The notes under the pieces were generated by a model. It was not told the origin of the DNA. It saw only the letters and a program-made list of their open reading frames with translations, and ran no database searches. A program made the translations under genes and the position numbers. A stretch of DNA of 57,208 bases, from positions 1 through 57,208 of the forward strand of contig JAKAQK010000001.1 in NCBI GenBank assembly GCA_021822625.1, read 5' to 3'. Positions 18,870 through 28,386 of the stretch are shown piece by piece; positions within the stretch are counted from its first letter, which is position 1; every line of letters begins with the position of its first letter. The DNA is from a bacterium. GTDB taxonomy: Bacteria > SZUA-79 > Acidulodesulfobacterales > Acidulodesulfobacteraceae.

Positions 18870-20063
18870 TTAGACCGCTACCATTGATTTATTTAATTCA
18901 TTAGCTGTTTTTTTAAGTTCGGCAATTTTTAACGTCTGTTCCCATGTAAAACCGTCTTCAGTCCTTCCAAAATGCCCGTAATTAGATGTTCTGGCATATA
19001 TAGGTTTAAGCAAATCAAGGGTTTTAACAATAGAGTACGGTCTCAACTTAAAAACGCTGCTTACGGTTTTGGAAATTATTTCATCATTATATATGCCTGT
19101 TCCGAACGTATTTGCCATTACGGAAACGGGGTCTGCAACACCTATTGCATAGGCTATTTGGACCTCGCATTTTTTAGCAAGACCGGAAGCGACAATATTC
19201 TTTGCAATAAATCTTGCCATATATGAACCGCTTCTGTCAACCTTTGAAGGGTCCTTACCCGAAAAAGCTCCTCCCCCGTGTCTTCCCATTCCACCGTAGG
19301 TATCAACAATTATTTTTCTTCCGGTAAGCCCTGTATCGCCGTTTGGTCCGCCTATAACAAATCTTCCCGTAGGATTAATAAAAAATTTTGTATTGCTATT
19401 TATGAGTTCCGCCGGAATGACTTTTTTTATAACTTCATCTATGACGGCATCCGTAAGACGTTCTTGAGAAACATCATCTGAATGTTGGGTAGATACCACT
19501 ATTGAACTTATTTCTACAGGCTGAGATTTTTCATATCTGACAGAAACCTGCGATTTTCCGTCAGGTCTGATGAAATCCAAAGATTTATTTTTTCTAACCT
19601 CTGCAAGTCTTTTTGTAAGTTTATGAGCATAATATATAGGCATAGGCATAAACTCATCTGTTTCGGAAGTAGCATAACCGAACATAAGGCCTTGGTCTCC
19701 TGCACCCTGGTCTTCGTCTTTTTCTCTTTCAACACCCATTCTTATATCGGCAGACTGAGAACCTACCGCAACGATAATTCCGCAGCTTTTAAAATCAAAA
19801 CCTATGCGGGAATCGTCATATCCAATATCCTGTATAGTTTTTCTGATTATTTCCTGATAATTGACCGCAGCGTTTGATTTAACTTCGCCTGCAACAGCCA
19901 CTAAACCTGTTGTCACCATAGTTTCCATAGCAACCTTGGAATTTTTATCCTGAGATATAAAATTATCGAGGAGCGAATCGGATATTTTATCGCATATCTT
20001 ATCGGGATGCCCTTCTGTTACAGATTCTGAAGTAAAAATATAATTTCCGCTTTTATGATCCAT
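18870..20063 (-). CDS. metK: S-adenosylmethionine synthase
   Basis: It has [44 protein letters not shown]. The SD GGAGG precedes the ATG. Confidence 0.97.
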   Translation of the reverse strand: MDHKSGNYIFTSESVTEGHPDKICDKISDSLLDNFISQDKNSKVAMETMVTTGLVAVAGEVKSNAAVNYQEIIRKTIQDIGYDDSRIGFDFKSCGIIVAVGSQSADIRMGVEREKDEDQGAGDQGLMFGYATSETDEFMPMPIYYAHKLTKRLAEVRKNKSLDFIRPDGKSQVSVRYEKSQPVEISSIVVSTQHSDDVSQERLTDAVIDEVIKKVIPAELINSNTKFFINPTGRFVIGGPNGDTGLTGRKIIVDTYGGMGRHGGGAFSGKDPSKVDRSGSYMARFIAKNIVASGLAKKCEVQIAYAIGVADPVSVMANTFGTGIYNDEIISKTVSSVFKLRPYSIVKTLDLLKPIYARTSNYGHFGRTEDGFTWEQTLKIAELKKTANELNKSMVAV

Positions 20064-20161
20064 TGTTGCGCCTCCGAATATGCATGCGTTTATTAGTCAT
20101 AAACTGCATATTATTATTAATTATTATTCATGATTTTATTTTTATTTACCGCTCTTATTTT

Positions 20162-20190
20162 ATGATAATATAAAATCAATGTATTTTCAA
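20162..20190 (-). promoter_or_regulatory. Sigma-70-type promoter candidate for metK-ahcY
   Basis: The minus strand reads TTGAAA - 17 nt - TATCAT, ~100 nt upstream of the metK ATG. Confidence 0.4.
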
Positions 20191-20347
20191 CACTAATTAT
20201 GGAAGATTATATAATATTTATATCAACGCATCATCGTCTGCCTTAAAACAGTATTGTTTGTATGTTATTATTAATAAATAATTTAAAAAAATAATTTAAA
20301 AAAATAACGGATTGGATTTGCGGATTTCAGGAAGTTATAAGTTTATC

Positions 20348-21235
20348 TTAAATTTTGCCTATATCTCTATGAAAATAAGATATATTATATGCTTCATTTT
20401 CTGCATAAAACATATTTTTTAATTCATTTACTACAAAAACAGACCTGTGTACGCCGCCCGTGCATCCAACGGCAACAGTGAAATATGATTTATTTTCTTT
20501 CTTATATAATGGAAGAAAAAATGTTAAATAATCATATATATAATTTAGAAATCTGTCCGTTTCTTCAAAACGCTTCAGATACGCCGCTACGTGATCGTCT
20601 AATCCGGTCAAATCTTTAAGCTCAGGCACAAAAAAGGGATTAGGCAAGAACCTCGCATCAAACAGCATATCAGATTCTAACGGTATGCCGAATTTAAATC
20701 CGAAAGATACTATCCTTACGCTAAAAATATGATTATTGCTAACGCATTCAACATGCGGCAAGATTAGCGAATTTAATTCGTGTATAGATATATTAGAGGT
20801 GTCTATAATAATATCTGAAAGTTTTTTAATACCGCTAAGCAGTATTCTTTCTTTTTTAATAGACTCATGAATGCTTTTTTCTTCGGAAAGCGGGTGTTTT
20901 CTCCTGCTTTCCGAGTATCTTTTTATAACCGTATCGTCATCGGCATCAAAAAAAATAAATTTAAAAAAATTTGACCTGTCTTTAAGAAACCGCACATGTT
21001 CTTCTAATCTTGAAAGAAAATTTTTTTCTCTTATATCTACGACAAAAAGAATATTTTTTATTCTTGCGGCAAATACAACTTCCAAAAATTTTGGCAAAAG
21101 TAATAAAGGCATGTTATCTACGCAAAAAAAGCCCTTATCCTCTAAAATTTTTAAAGCGGAGGACTTACCTGAGCCGGATATGCCGCTTATTAAGACAATA
21201 TTGAAATAACTTTTTGAATCTTCCGCCGTACCCAT
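20348..21235 (-). CDS. rapZ: RNase adapter protein RapZ (YhbJ, P-loop NTPase)
   Basis: It has Walker A GISGSGKS and C-terminal CTGGVHRSV. It sits in the canonical position after rpoN-hpf. Confidence 0.9.
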   Translation of the reverse strand: MGTAEDSKSYFNIVLISGISGSGKSSALKILEDKGFFCVDNMPLLLLPKFLEVVFAARIKNILFVVDIREKNFLSRLEEHVRFLKDRSNFFKFIFFDADDDTVIKRYSESRRKHPLSEEKSIHESIKKERILLSGIKKLSDIIIDTSNISIHELNSLILPHVECVSNNHIFSVRIVSFGFKFGIPLESDMLFDARFLPNPFFVPELKDLTGLDDHVAAYLKRFEETDRFLNYIYDYLTFFLPLYKKENKSYFTVAVGCTGGVHRSVFVVNELKNMFYAENEAYNISYFHRDIGKI

Positions 21236-21257
21236 ATTATTAATTAATTATTAATTA

Positions 21258-21782
21258 TCAAGGATTTATTTCTATTACTGCATATTCTCCGTTATCTTTT
21301 ACATAAAGCACAGAATTTTTAAATGATTCTTTATTTTTAAAAATTATAAAATTTTCGTTTTTTTTATTTAATTTATTTACAGCCTCATGTAAATTCATCT
21401 GCTTTATTTCATAATTATCTATAATTTCAATATCTGGAGCAGACGTTTCTTGCATAAATATTTCCGTCTGTTCGCTATCTTTAAACTTTTCCCTTGATTT
21501 TTCTTTATGCTTTTTTATTTGCGTCTCAACTTTATCGGTCAGGATATCGATTGCCGCATATATATCGGAAGATTCTTCCTGCGCATTTATCGTAATGTTT
21601 TTAGCAACAAGCTTAATTGACGCAACGCCGGATTCTTTATGCTGAACCCTTTCCATGCTCAATATTACATGAGCTTCTATGATATCGCTCAAATACTTTT
21701 CCAGCTTTGAAATTTTAGTTTCGGCGTATTTTTTTATGGCTTCTGTGGGTTCAAGATGTTTAAACGTGACAACGATATCCAT
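21258..21782 (-). CDS. hpf: Ribosome hibernation promoting factor (long form)
   Basis: MDIVVTFKHLEPTEAIKKYAE... is an S30AE/RaiA N-domain, followed by a C-terminal dimerisation domain. I prefer the ATG at 21782, behind the SD AAAGGAGA, to the track start at 21806. Confidence 0.9.
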   Translation of the reverse strand: MDIVVTFKHLEPTEAIKKYAETKISKLEKYLSDIIEAHVILSMERVQHKESGVASIKLVAKNITINAQEESSDIYAAIDILTDKVETQIKKHKEKSREKFKDSEQTEIFMQETSAPDIEIIDNYEIKQMNLHEAVNKLNKKNENFIIFKNKESFKNSVLYVKDNGEYAVIEINP

Positions 21783-21811
21783 TGGCAAATCTCCTTTAAT
21801 TTTCAATTTTA

Positions 21812-23341
21812 TTATTTCTTTTTTCTTTTTGCTGAAGACGGTATATTTAAAATCTCTCTATATTTTGCAATAGTTCTTCTTGCTATTACGATGTTTTCCA
21901 TTTTTAATAAATTTACTATATCATTATCTGAATAAATTTTACCACAATTTTTTTCATTTTCAATTATAAGTTTTATTTTAGACATAATATTATCCGGCGA
22001 AATATCCCCAAATGAAAAGTTAGAAAAAAAACTTTTAAGTTCAAAAACGCCTAAATGAGAACTTATATATTTATTCGACGTTGCTCTTGAAACGGTAGAT
22101 TCATGCAAGTTTAATTCATCGGCTATTGTTTTTAATATTATAGGTTTTAAATAGCCCGTCCCTTTTTCAAAAAAATCATGCTGTTTATCAATAATTGACT
22201 GCGCTATCTTCAGTATTGTTTCCTTTCTGTTTTTAATACTTTTGATGAGCCAAACGGCAGATTTTAATTTTTCTTCTACATAATCTTTTGTAACCGCGTT
22301 TGATATAAGTTCGCCGTTTAATATTTTTTTGTAGTATGAATTTATTCTTATAGGCGGCAAATAATCTTCTTCCATAAAAACAGTATATTTGCCGTTTATT
22401 TTTTCTACATATAAATCCGGAATAATATAATTATTATTCTGATTGTCAAAATTTACCGCCGGTTTAGGCGCAAGCGATTTAAGGCGGTTAACCGATTTAA
22501 TGACGTTTTCTAAAACATTTCCTGTTTCCTTAACAATTTTGTTATAATTTCCGTTAGCAATATCTTTTATATAATTTTTTATAATATTTTTCAATAAATC
22601 GTCCTCAGGAAAAAAATAATCCGCCTGAAATAAGAGGCACGATTGAGGATCGTATGTCGCAATCCCGACAGGTTCCAATTTACGCATTTTATATAAGACG
22701 TTATCTAGAAGAGGAGATAAATTACCGGCATATTTTTCTAATTCATCCAAAGATATTCCTAAAAATCCGTCAGAATCTAAATTGCCTGCAATATATTCGG
22801 CAAGTTTTACCTCGTCATCGTTAAAATCGCCCATTCTTACCTGCTCCATAACAAATTCATAAAGTGTTTCCGAACCGGCGACGGTATTTTCGATTATATA
22901 ATTTTTGTCCTGCTTCCAATCGGTATTTGTGTTAATAGATAAATCATATAACTGTTCATCATAATTAATAACATAATCATTTATTACATTCATATCGTAT
23001 TCGTCATTCGCATTCAAATTTTGAATATTTTCCGGTACGTTATCGGAATTTTTATCGCTCAAATCCGAACTGTCCGTGTCTCTATCATTAATGAATTCTT
23101 TCTTGTAATCTTGCGTATTAGCATCTGAATTAACGCCGCTGTTGCCTTCGTTATAATTTTTTTCGTTACCGTTGATGATAATATCGGCATCAATGATAGG
23201 ATTTTCTACAATTTGCTGATTTATTAATTCGGATAGTTCCATATTATTCATCGCCAGCATTTTTATAGCAAGTTGTAGGCGGGGCGTCATTATAAGCTGC
23301 TGGCTTAATTTAAGATTTTGTTTTAATTCTATTTGCGACAT
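21812..23341 (-). CDS. rpoN: RNA polymerase sigma-54 factor
   Basis: Region I is MSQIELKQNLKLSQQLIMTPRLQLAIKML. An acidic/Asn-rich region II follows. The C-terminus carries an HTH and the RpoN box ARRTIAKYR. Confidence 0.97.
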   Translation of the reverse strand: MSQIELKQNLKLSQQLIMTPRLQLAIKMLAMNNMELSELINQQIVENPIIDADIIINGNEKNYNEGNSGVNSDANTQDYKKEFINDRDTDSSDLSDKNSDNVPENIQNLNANDEYDMNVINDYVINYDEQLYDLSINTNTDWKQDKNYIIENTVAGSETLYEFVMEQVRMGDFNDDEVKLAEYIAGNLDSDGFLGISLDELEKYAGNLSPLLDNVLYKMRKLEPVGIATYDPQSCLLFQADYFFPEDDLLKNIIKNYIKDIANGNYNKIVKETGNVLENVIKSVNRLKSLAPKPAVNFDNQNNNYIIPDLYVEKINGKYTVFMEEDYLPPIRINSYYKKILNGELISNAVTKDYVEEKLKSAVWLIKSIKNRKETILKIAQSIIDKQHDFFEKGTGYLKPIILKTIADELNLHESTVSRATSNKYISSHLGVFELKSFFSNFSFGDISPDNIMSKIKLIIENEKNCGKIYSDNDIVNLLKMENIVIARRTIAKYREILNIPSSAKRKKK

Positions 23342-23344
23342 ATT

Positions 23345-24067
23345 TTAATTGCCAAGACTGAATTTTTCGCCAAGAAAAAATCTTCTAACGACATTACTGG
23401 TGATTATCTGTGAAGGTTTTCCTTTTTCTATTATTTGACCGTCATTTAAAATATAGGCGCTATCGCATATTCTCAATGCTTCTCTCACGTTATGGTCCGT
23501 AATTAATATTCCTATAGATTCTTTTTTTAATTCTAATAAAATATCCTGCATATCTTCAACGGCTATTGGGTCTATACCTGAAAACGGTTCATCCAATAAA
23601 ATAAATTTAGGCGAAAGAATTAACGACCTTGCAACTTCTACCCTCCTCCTTTCACCGCCTGACAAGCTCATGACATTCGATTTTCTGACATGACCCAACC
23701 CAAATCTCTCGATTAATTCGTCTAAGCGTTTACTCCTTTCAGTTTTCGAAATTTTTAACAGTTCAAAAATAGCAAGTAAATTTTCTTCGGCAGTTAGTTT
23801 TCTGAATACCGAAGACTCCTGAGGCAAATAGCTGATGCCTAATCTTGCCCTTTTGTACATAGGCTCTTTGGTAATATTAATGCCGTTAATAAATATACTT
23901 CCTTTATTAGGTTTTATAGTTCCGGAAATCATATTAAACGTAGTCGTTTTGCCGGCGCCGTTAGGGCCTAACAAACCGGTAATTTCGCCTACATTGATTT
24001 CAAGCGTTATATCATTTACAACGGTTCTTTTTTTAAATGTTTTTATTAAGTTGGCTGCTTTTAACAA
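23345..24067 (-). CDS. lptB: LPS export ABC transporter ATPase LptB
   Basis: It has Walker A GPNGAGKTT, the signature LSGGERRR and Walker B ILLDEP. It lies directly upstream of rpoN. The start appears to be TTG with no clear SD. Confidence 0.9.
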   Translation of the reverse strand: MLKAANLIKTFKKRTVVNDITLEINVGEITGLLGPNGAGKTTTFNMISGTIKPNKGSIFINGINITKEPMYKRARLGISYLPQESSVFRKLTAEENLLAIFELLKISKTERSKRLDELIERFGLGHVRKSNVMSLSGGERRRVEVARSLILSPKFILLDEPFSGIDPIAVEDMQDILLELKKESIGILITDHNVREALRICDSAYILNDGQIIEKGKPSQIITSNVVRRFFLGEKFSLGN

Positions 24068-24138
24068 TTTGAATGTATGTATGTAGTATGTATTTATTTA
24101 TTTAATTAATTAATTATTAAACGTTAGATTAAATGTTT

Positions 24139-24894
24139 CTACTTATTTTTCTTAATAGACTTCGATTTATTTTTTTTAATCATTAGAGATTTTTTTGAAT
24201 AAATAACCGCATTAACCCGCTGTCCCCGACCAGACAATATTTTTGAAATTCCGGTAGTAAGGTTCATTTCTATTATTTTGCCGGTAATCCTATTTTTTCC
24301 CGACCAAGCGTACGGATGTCCGGTTATAATTACTGTTTTAGATGCATTATTAAATACCGCTTTATTGCCGGTAATATTATCGCCGCCTTTAATAATATGG
24401 ACGTTGCCGATGGCTATGAACCGTTTAATCTTATTCTTTTTGTTATAGAAAACCTTAAGAATGTGCGAAAATATTTTAAGGTTTTTTTTAATGGCTATTA
24501 CTTTGCCTGAAAAAATAGCGATTTTTTTTTTATTGTTTACTACAAGAGAATTTGATGTGATATGAATTTTAGTTTTTGAAATTTTCGCGTCATTCTTAAC
24601 AGGAACGGCAATACCGGCAGCATATGCATAATTTGCGCACAAAAAAATATTTAACGGCAGCAAATACAGCATAGCTGCAGCTGTACAAAATCTTAATATA
24701 CTTACTATTCGTTTTCGTGTCCGTGACGGTTTGCGGTATGCCGGTTTTATAAAACATTGCCGCCCGCTATTATCGGTATTGTTATCGATATTAATTATAT
24801 TAGTAATATTATTATTACAGCTATCGATATCGCTATTGTTATTATTATTAATAAATCTATGCGTTAAGCCATTTCCGCTTTTAAAAATTTTCAT
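24139..24894 (-). CDS. lptA: LptA-like periplasmic LPS transport protein (OstA family) with an unusual N-terminal extension
   Basis: OstA-type beta-jellyroll repeats are present (ITSNSLVVNNKKK..FSGKV...GNVHI..GDNITGNKAVF). It lies between lptC and lptB. The signal-peptide-like segment starts only at ~aa 60, so the start codon is uncertain. Confidence 0.6.
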   Translation of the reverse strand: MKIFKSGNGLTHRFINNNNNSDIDSCNNNITNIINIDNNTDNSGRQCFIKPAYRKPSRTRKRIVSILRFCTAAAMLYLLPLNIFLCANYAYAAGIAVPVKNDAKISKTKIHITSNSLVVNNKKKIAIFSGKVIAIKKNLKIFSHILKVFYNKKNKIKRFIAIGNVHIIKGGDNITGNKAVFNNASKTVIITGHPYAWSGKNRITGKIIEMNLTTGISKILSGRGQRVNAVIYSKKSLMIKKNKSKSIKKNK

Positions 24895-24953
24895 ATATTA
24901 ATATATTCTCCGTAATTTTTCTTTAAACTTTCATAAATATTATAACTACAAGT

Positions 24954-25526
24954 CTATTTTATCATTTTTGCATTAAAATTTACATCTTTACCTAAAATAA
25001 AAATATTTTTTTTAAGATACATCGTCAATCCTTTACCGGTAATAAAATATTTTTTGCCTGAAAATTTGATGCCGTTCGGCGCTACAATTTTTTGCTTTAA
25101 ATTAAAATAATAAAGCAAATCGGTCGCAAGAGAAGAACCTTTGGCGTTTTTAACTAAAACATTGCCTGAAAATATTACATTTTTGGTTTTAATATTAAGT
25201 CTGCCGGAATTACCGGTAATAGTGTATTCCGGTTTGTTTACCGAATTAAATATGACGGCCTTTACGACTTTTAATTTAATTATATTTTTTTTGGGGGTTA
25301 AATATTTCAAACTTTTTGCAAATATTTCATACGTTAATTTGCCGTGTTTAAAAAATTTATAATTTATTTTTTTTAATTTTATGTAATTTTTAGAAATTTT
25401 TATTTGTAAAAATGATCTTTTTTTTATATTTACGTAATGAAGAATTAAAAAAAAAGCAAGGACTATTATAAAAAAAATACCTATAAATAAAGAAATTTTT
25501 TTTATTACATTAATATTTTTAATCAT
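24954..25526 (-). CDS. lptC: LptC-like LPS export protein (N-terminal TM anchor + jellyroll)
   Basis: 190 aa with a single N-terminal TM helix and an LptC-like repetitive beta pattern. The synteny kdsC-(lptC)-lptA-lptB supports the call. Confidence 0.6.
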   Translation of the reverse strand: MIKNINVIKKISLFIGIFFIIVLAFFLILHYVNIKKRSFLQIKISKNYIKLKKINYKFFKHGKLTYEIFAKSLKYLTPKKNIIKLKVVKAVIFNSVNKPEYTITGNSGRLNIKTKNVIFSGNVLVKNAKGSSLATDLLYYFNLKQKIVAPNGIKFSGKKYFITGKGLTMYLKKNIFILGKDVNFNAKMIK

Positions 25527-25706
25527 TGTCGTTAATCAAATTATTGTCGCTAAGAGCAATATTAGTCACATTATTGCCGTTGAGAGTAATGCTCATTAAA
25601 TCATTACCGTTCAAATTATTATTTAATATTGAAAACGCCATCGAGCGTCTTAGTTTTTCGGAAATATAAGCAAAGTGAAATATGTTTAGCATATTTACAT
25701 TACTTA

Positions 25707-26234
25707 CTATTGTCTAAATTCTTTTAATAATTGAGTCAACAAACCCTTTTTTTCGAGGATAAAATCTATCATTTCACGAACGGCACCCTGCCCTCCGTGA
25801 TTTTTTGCCGTTATAGAAGCAAAGTCTTTCACATAAGCAGGGGCTTCCGGAACGCTTGCCGAAAGAGCGGCGCATTTTAAAAGTTCTATATCTACTATAT
25901 CGTCGCCCATATAAAAAACATTCTGAAAATTTAAATTATAATCGGTTAAAATGCTTTGCAAACTTTTGAATTTATCAACGCATCCTTCCACATAAAAATC
26001 AATGCCTAATTCTTCGCTTCTTTTCCTTGCCGCGCGGCTTTTCCTTGCCGATATAAATCCTACCGACATGCCGAATTTTTTTGCCAATCTTATACCTGCT
26101 CCGTCATGGGCAAAAAAACATTTTGTTTCTTCTCCGGATTCCGACATATATATTTTGCCGTCCGTTAAGATACCGTCGATATCAAAAATTAAAATTTTGA
26201 TATCGGAATAATTAATATCATTTAAATTTTTCAT
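25707..26234 (-). CDS. kdsC: KDO 8-phosphate phosphatase (HAD family)
   Basis: It has the FDIDGILTDG HAD motif I and GDD.VD motif. 175 aa, downstream of kdsD. Confidence 0.9.
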   Translation of the reverse strand: MKNLNDINYSDIKILIFDIDGILTDGKIYMSESGEETKCFFAHDGAGIRLAKKFGMSVGFISARKSRAARKRSEELGIDFYVEGCVDKFKSLQSILTDYNLNFQNVFYMGDDIVDIELLKCAALSASVPEAPAYVKDFASITAKNHGGQGAVREMIDFILEKKGLLTQLLKEFRQ

Positions 26235-26352
26235 ATGACCTGCGTTAATTTACGTTGAATTATAATGAAATAATCAGCAATTTATTTTATAATTTTTTAG
26301 ATAATTTCGCTACGGTATGAATGAATGGTAATTAATTGCTATTAAGCTTTTT

Positions 26353-27390
26353 TTAATAAGACGTGATACCTGCTTTTATAATATCATGTATGTGAATTAC
26401 GCCTGCCGGTTTCATTTGCTTTTCAGATTCTATCGCAAAAAGAGCCGTAATTTTTAAATCTTCCATCTTTTTTAAAGCGCTTGATAACAGTGCATCTTCA
26501 AGTATGACTTTTGGCTTCGGGGTCATTATTTCCGCCGCTGCTTTATTTAACACATATTCTCTGTCTATCATTGCCCTTCTCAAATCACCATCCACAATAA
26601 TGCCTTTTAAATTGCCTAAGGAATCAACCACACCCGTCAAACCGAGCCGTTTTGAAGTCATCTCCATAATTATTTCATTAAGCCTGCTTGTCTCTTTTAC
26701 TAATGGAATATCGCTTCCGGTATGCATTATATCCTTAACTTTTAAAAACTTTTTCCCAATTGACCCGCCCGGATGCAATCTTGCAAAATCCTCTTCAAGA
26801 AAATTTCTTTTCTTTAACAGGCACATTGCAAGAGCGTCTCCTATTGCAAGCTGCGCCGCAGTACTTGCCGTAGGAGCAATATTGTATGGACATGCCTCTT
26901 TATCGACTGAAACATCAAAAAAATAATCTGAAAGTTCAAAAAGCGGGGAAGTTTTATTTCCGCAAAAAGATATTATGCCTGCCCCTATAAGCTTAATCAC
27001 AGGCAATATAGAAATAAGTTCTTTTGTATATCCGCTATAAGATAGTGCGATAACTGCATCATCCGAAGCTATCATACCAAGATCTCCGTGAGAAGCCTCG
27101 GCAGGATGCATAAAAAAAGAGGGAGTACCGGTACTTGCAAGCGTAGAAGAAATTTTTCTGGCAATGATACCTGACTTTCCCATGCCGGTAAGTACAACTT
27201 TTCCTTTAATATTGTAAAGATAATCGACGGCTTTCTGAAAATCGGCGTCAAGCCTGTCAACAAGATTGCTAATAGAATCTGCCTCTATTTTAAGAACCTC
27301 TGAAGCTGTGGATATAATTTCCGCATCCGTAAACCCGTTATACGGTTTATCTAATTTATTATCTAATTTGTTCACGTTTAACTCTTCCAT
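26353..27390 (-). CDS. kdsD: Arabinose-5-phosphate isomerase (SIS + tandem CBS)
   Basis: It has the SIS motif TGMGKSG..ARKISSTLASTG and a C-terminal CBS pair. 345 aa. Confidence 0.9.
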   Translation of the reverse strand: MEELNVNKLDNKLDKPYNGFTDAEIISTASEVLKIEADSISNLVDRLDADFQKAVDYLYNIKGKVVLTGMGKSGIIARKISSTLASTGTPSFFMHPAEASHGDLGMIASDDAVIALSYSGYTKELISILPVIKLIGAGIISFCGNKTSPLFELSDYFFDVSVDKEACPYNIAPTASTAAQLAIGDALAMCLLKKRNFLEEDFARLHPGGSIGKKFLKVKDIMHTGSDIPLVKETSRLNEIIMEMTSKRLGLTGVVDSLGNLKGIIVDGDLRRAMIDREYVLNKAAAEIMTPKPKVILEDALLSSALKKMEDLKITALFAIESEKQMKPAGVIHIHDIIKAGITSY

Positions 27391-27426
27391 AATATAAGAT
27401 AAGGTGTTTAATAATTGACGGTTTAG

Positions 27427-28284
27427 CTAAATATTATTCTCAACTGCCGCAATTGCAAAAATAGATTTTAAACCATCTTGTAAAGAGGACAAATATAAAG
27501 AATTGGCAGAATCGCTTTTTGCTTCCGGAGGGTTAGGATGGACTTCAAAAAACAAAACATCTGAACCTAAAGCAGCTGCAGCTTTTGCAAGCGGTATTAC
27601 ATATTTTCTGTCGCCGCCGGAACACGAACCGGACCCTCCGGGCAGCTGAACGCTGTGCGTAGCATCGTAAACGACCGGCACTCCAAAATCTTTCATTATA
27701 GCGATAGACCTGAAATCTACAACGAGATTATTATATCCAAAGCTAACGCCCCGTTCCGTAATTAATATTTTATTATTTCCTGTGCTTCTAATTTTATCGA
27801 TAGCATTTGTCATATCCCACGGCGCTAAAAATTGGCCTTTTTTTATATTAATTATTTTATCTGTTTTAGCAGATTCAACTATCAAATCCGTCTGACGGGA
27901 TAAGAAAGCCGGTATTTGAATAATATCAACCGTATTTTTGAATTTTTCTATTTCTGAAATTCTATGTACATCCGTAAGTATAGGAAGATTATATTTATTT
28001 TTAATTTCCGCAAGGATTTCAATCCCCTTATCGATACCGGGACCCCTGAAAGAATTTACGGAAGTCCTGTTAGCTTTATCGTAAGACGCTTTAAATATTA
28101 AATTAAAGCCCATATCTTCTGAAAGATTTTTTAAAAAAGAAGCGCACAGGTCAACAAGTTCAAAACTTTCTATTACGCAAGGTCCTGCAATAATAAGCGG
28201 ATAAGCGCTATTAAAATTTTTAAGCCCGAGCTCTTTCCTTAAATCATTTTTTGTGAATGCGTTTTCTTTTTCTGATAAATTCAT
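27427..28284 (-). CDS. kdsA: 3-deoxy-8-phosphooctulonate synthase
   Basis: It has AGPCVIES, KASYDKANR, QIPAFLSRQTDL, DATHSVQLPGG. Confidence 0.95.
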   Translation of the reverse strand: MNLSEKENAFTKNDLRKELGLKNFNSAYPLIIAGPCVIESFELVDLCASFLKNLSEDMGFNLIFKASYDKANRTSVNSFRGPGIDKGIEILAEIKNKYNLPILTDVHRISEIEKFKNTVDIIQIPAFLSRQTDLIVESAKTDKIINIKKGQFLAPWDMTNAIDKIRSTGNNKILITERGVSFGYNNLVVDFRSIAIMKDFGVPVVYDATHSVQLPGGSGSCSGGDRKYVIPLAKAAAALGSDVLFFEVHPNPPEAKSDSANSLYLSSLQDGLKSIFAIAAVENNI

Positions 28285-28386
28285 AATAATTATGTCAAGA
28301 TACGATATAATATTGCTCGTTTATACTACATTTTATTTTATAGTGTTTTATTTTTATTACTTTGACTAAGTTTTATGTGCTATATT

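Noticed and set aside
20064-20347. SAM or SAH riboswitch in the metK-ahcY leader.
   Set aside because: I reverse-complemented the whole leader. It is almost pure A/U, with one modest hairpin (ATGCAGTTTAT..ATAAACGCAT) near the SD. I could not find the conserved cores I remember for the SAM-I, SAM-II or SAH classes. An Infernal/Rfam scan would be the decisive test.
24521-24531. Homopolymeric A/T tracts of 9-10 nt inside genes as phase-variation switches. Examples are the T10 tract in lptA shown here, two A9 tracts in the lipoprotein gene near 39460-39560, and an A9 tract in xerC near 48722.
   Set aside because: Such tracts occur in essential housekeeping genes (lptA, xerC) as Lys-codon runs. 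They look like a general consequence of AT richness rather than a feature of contingency loci.
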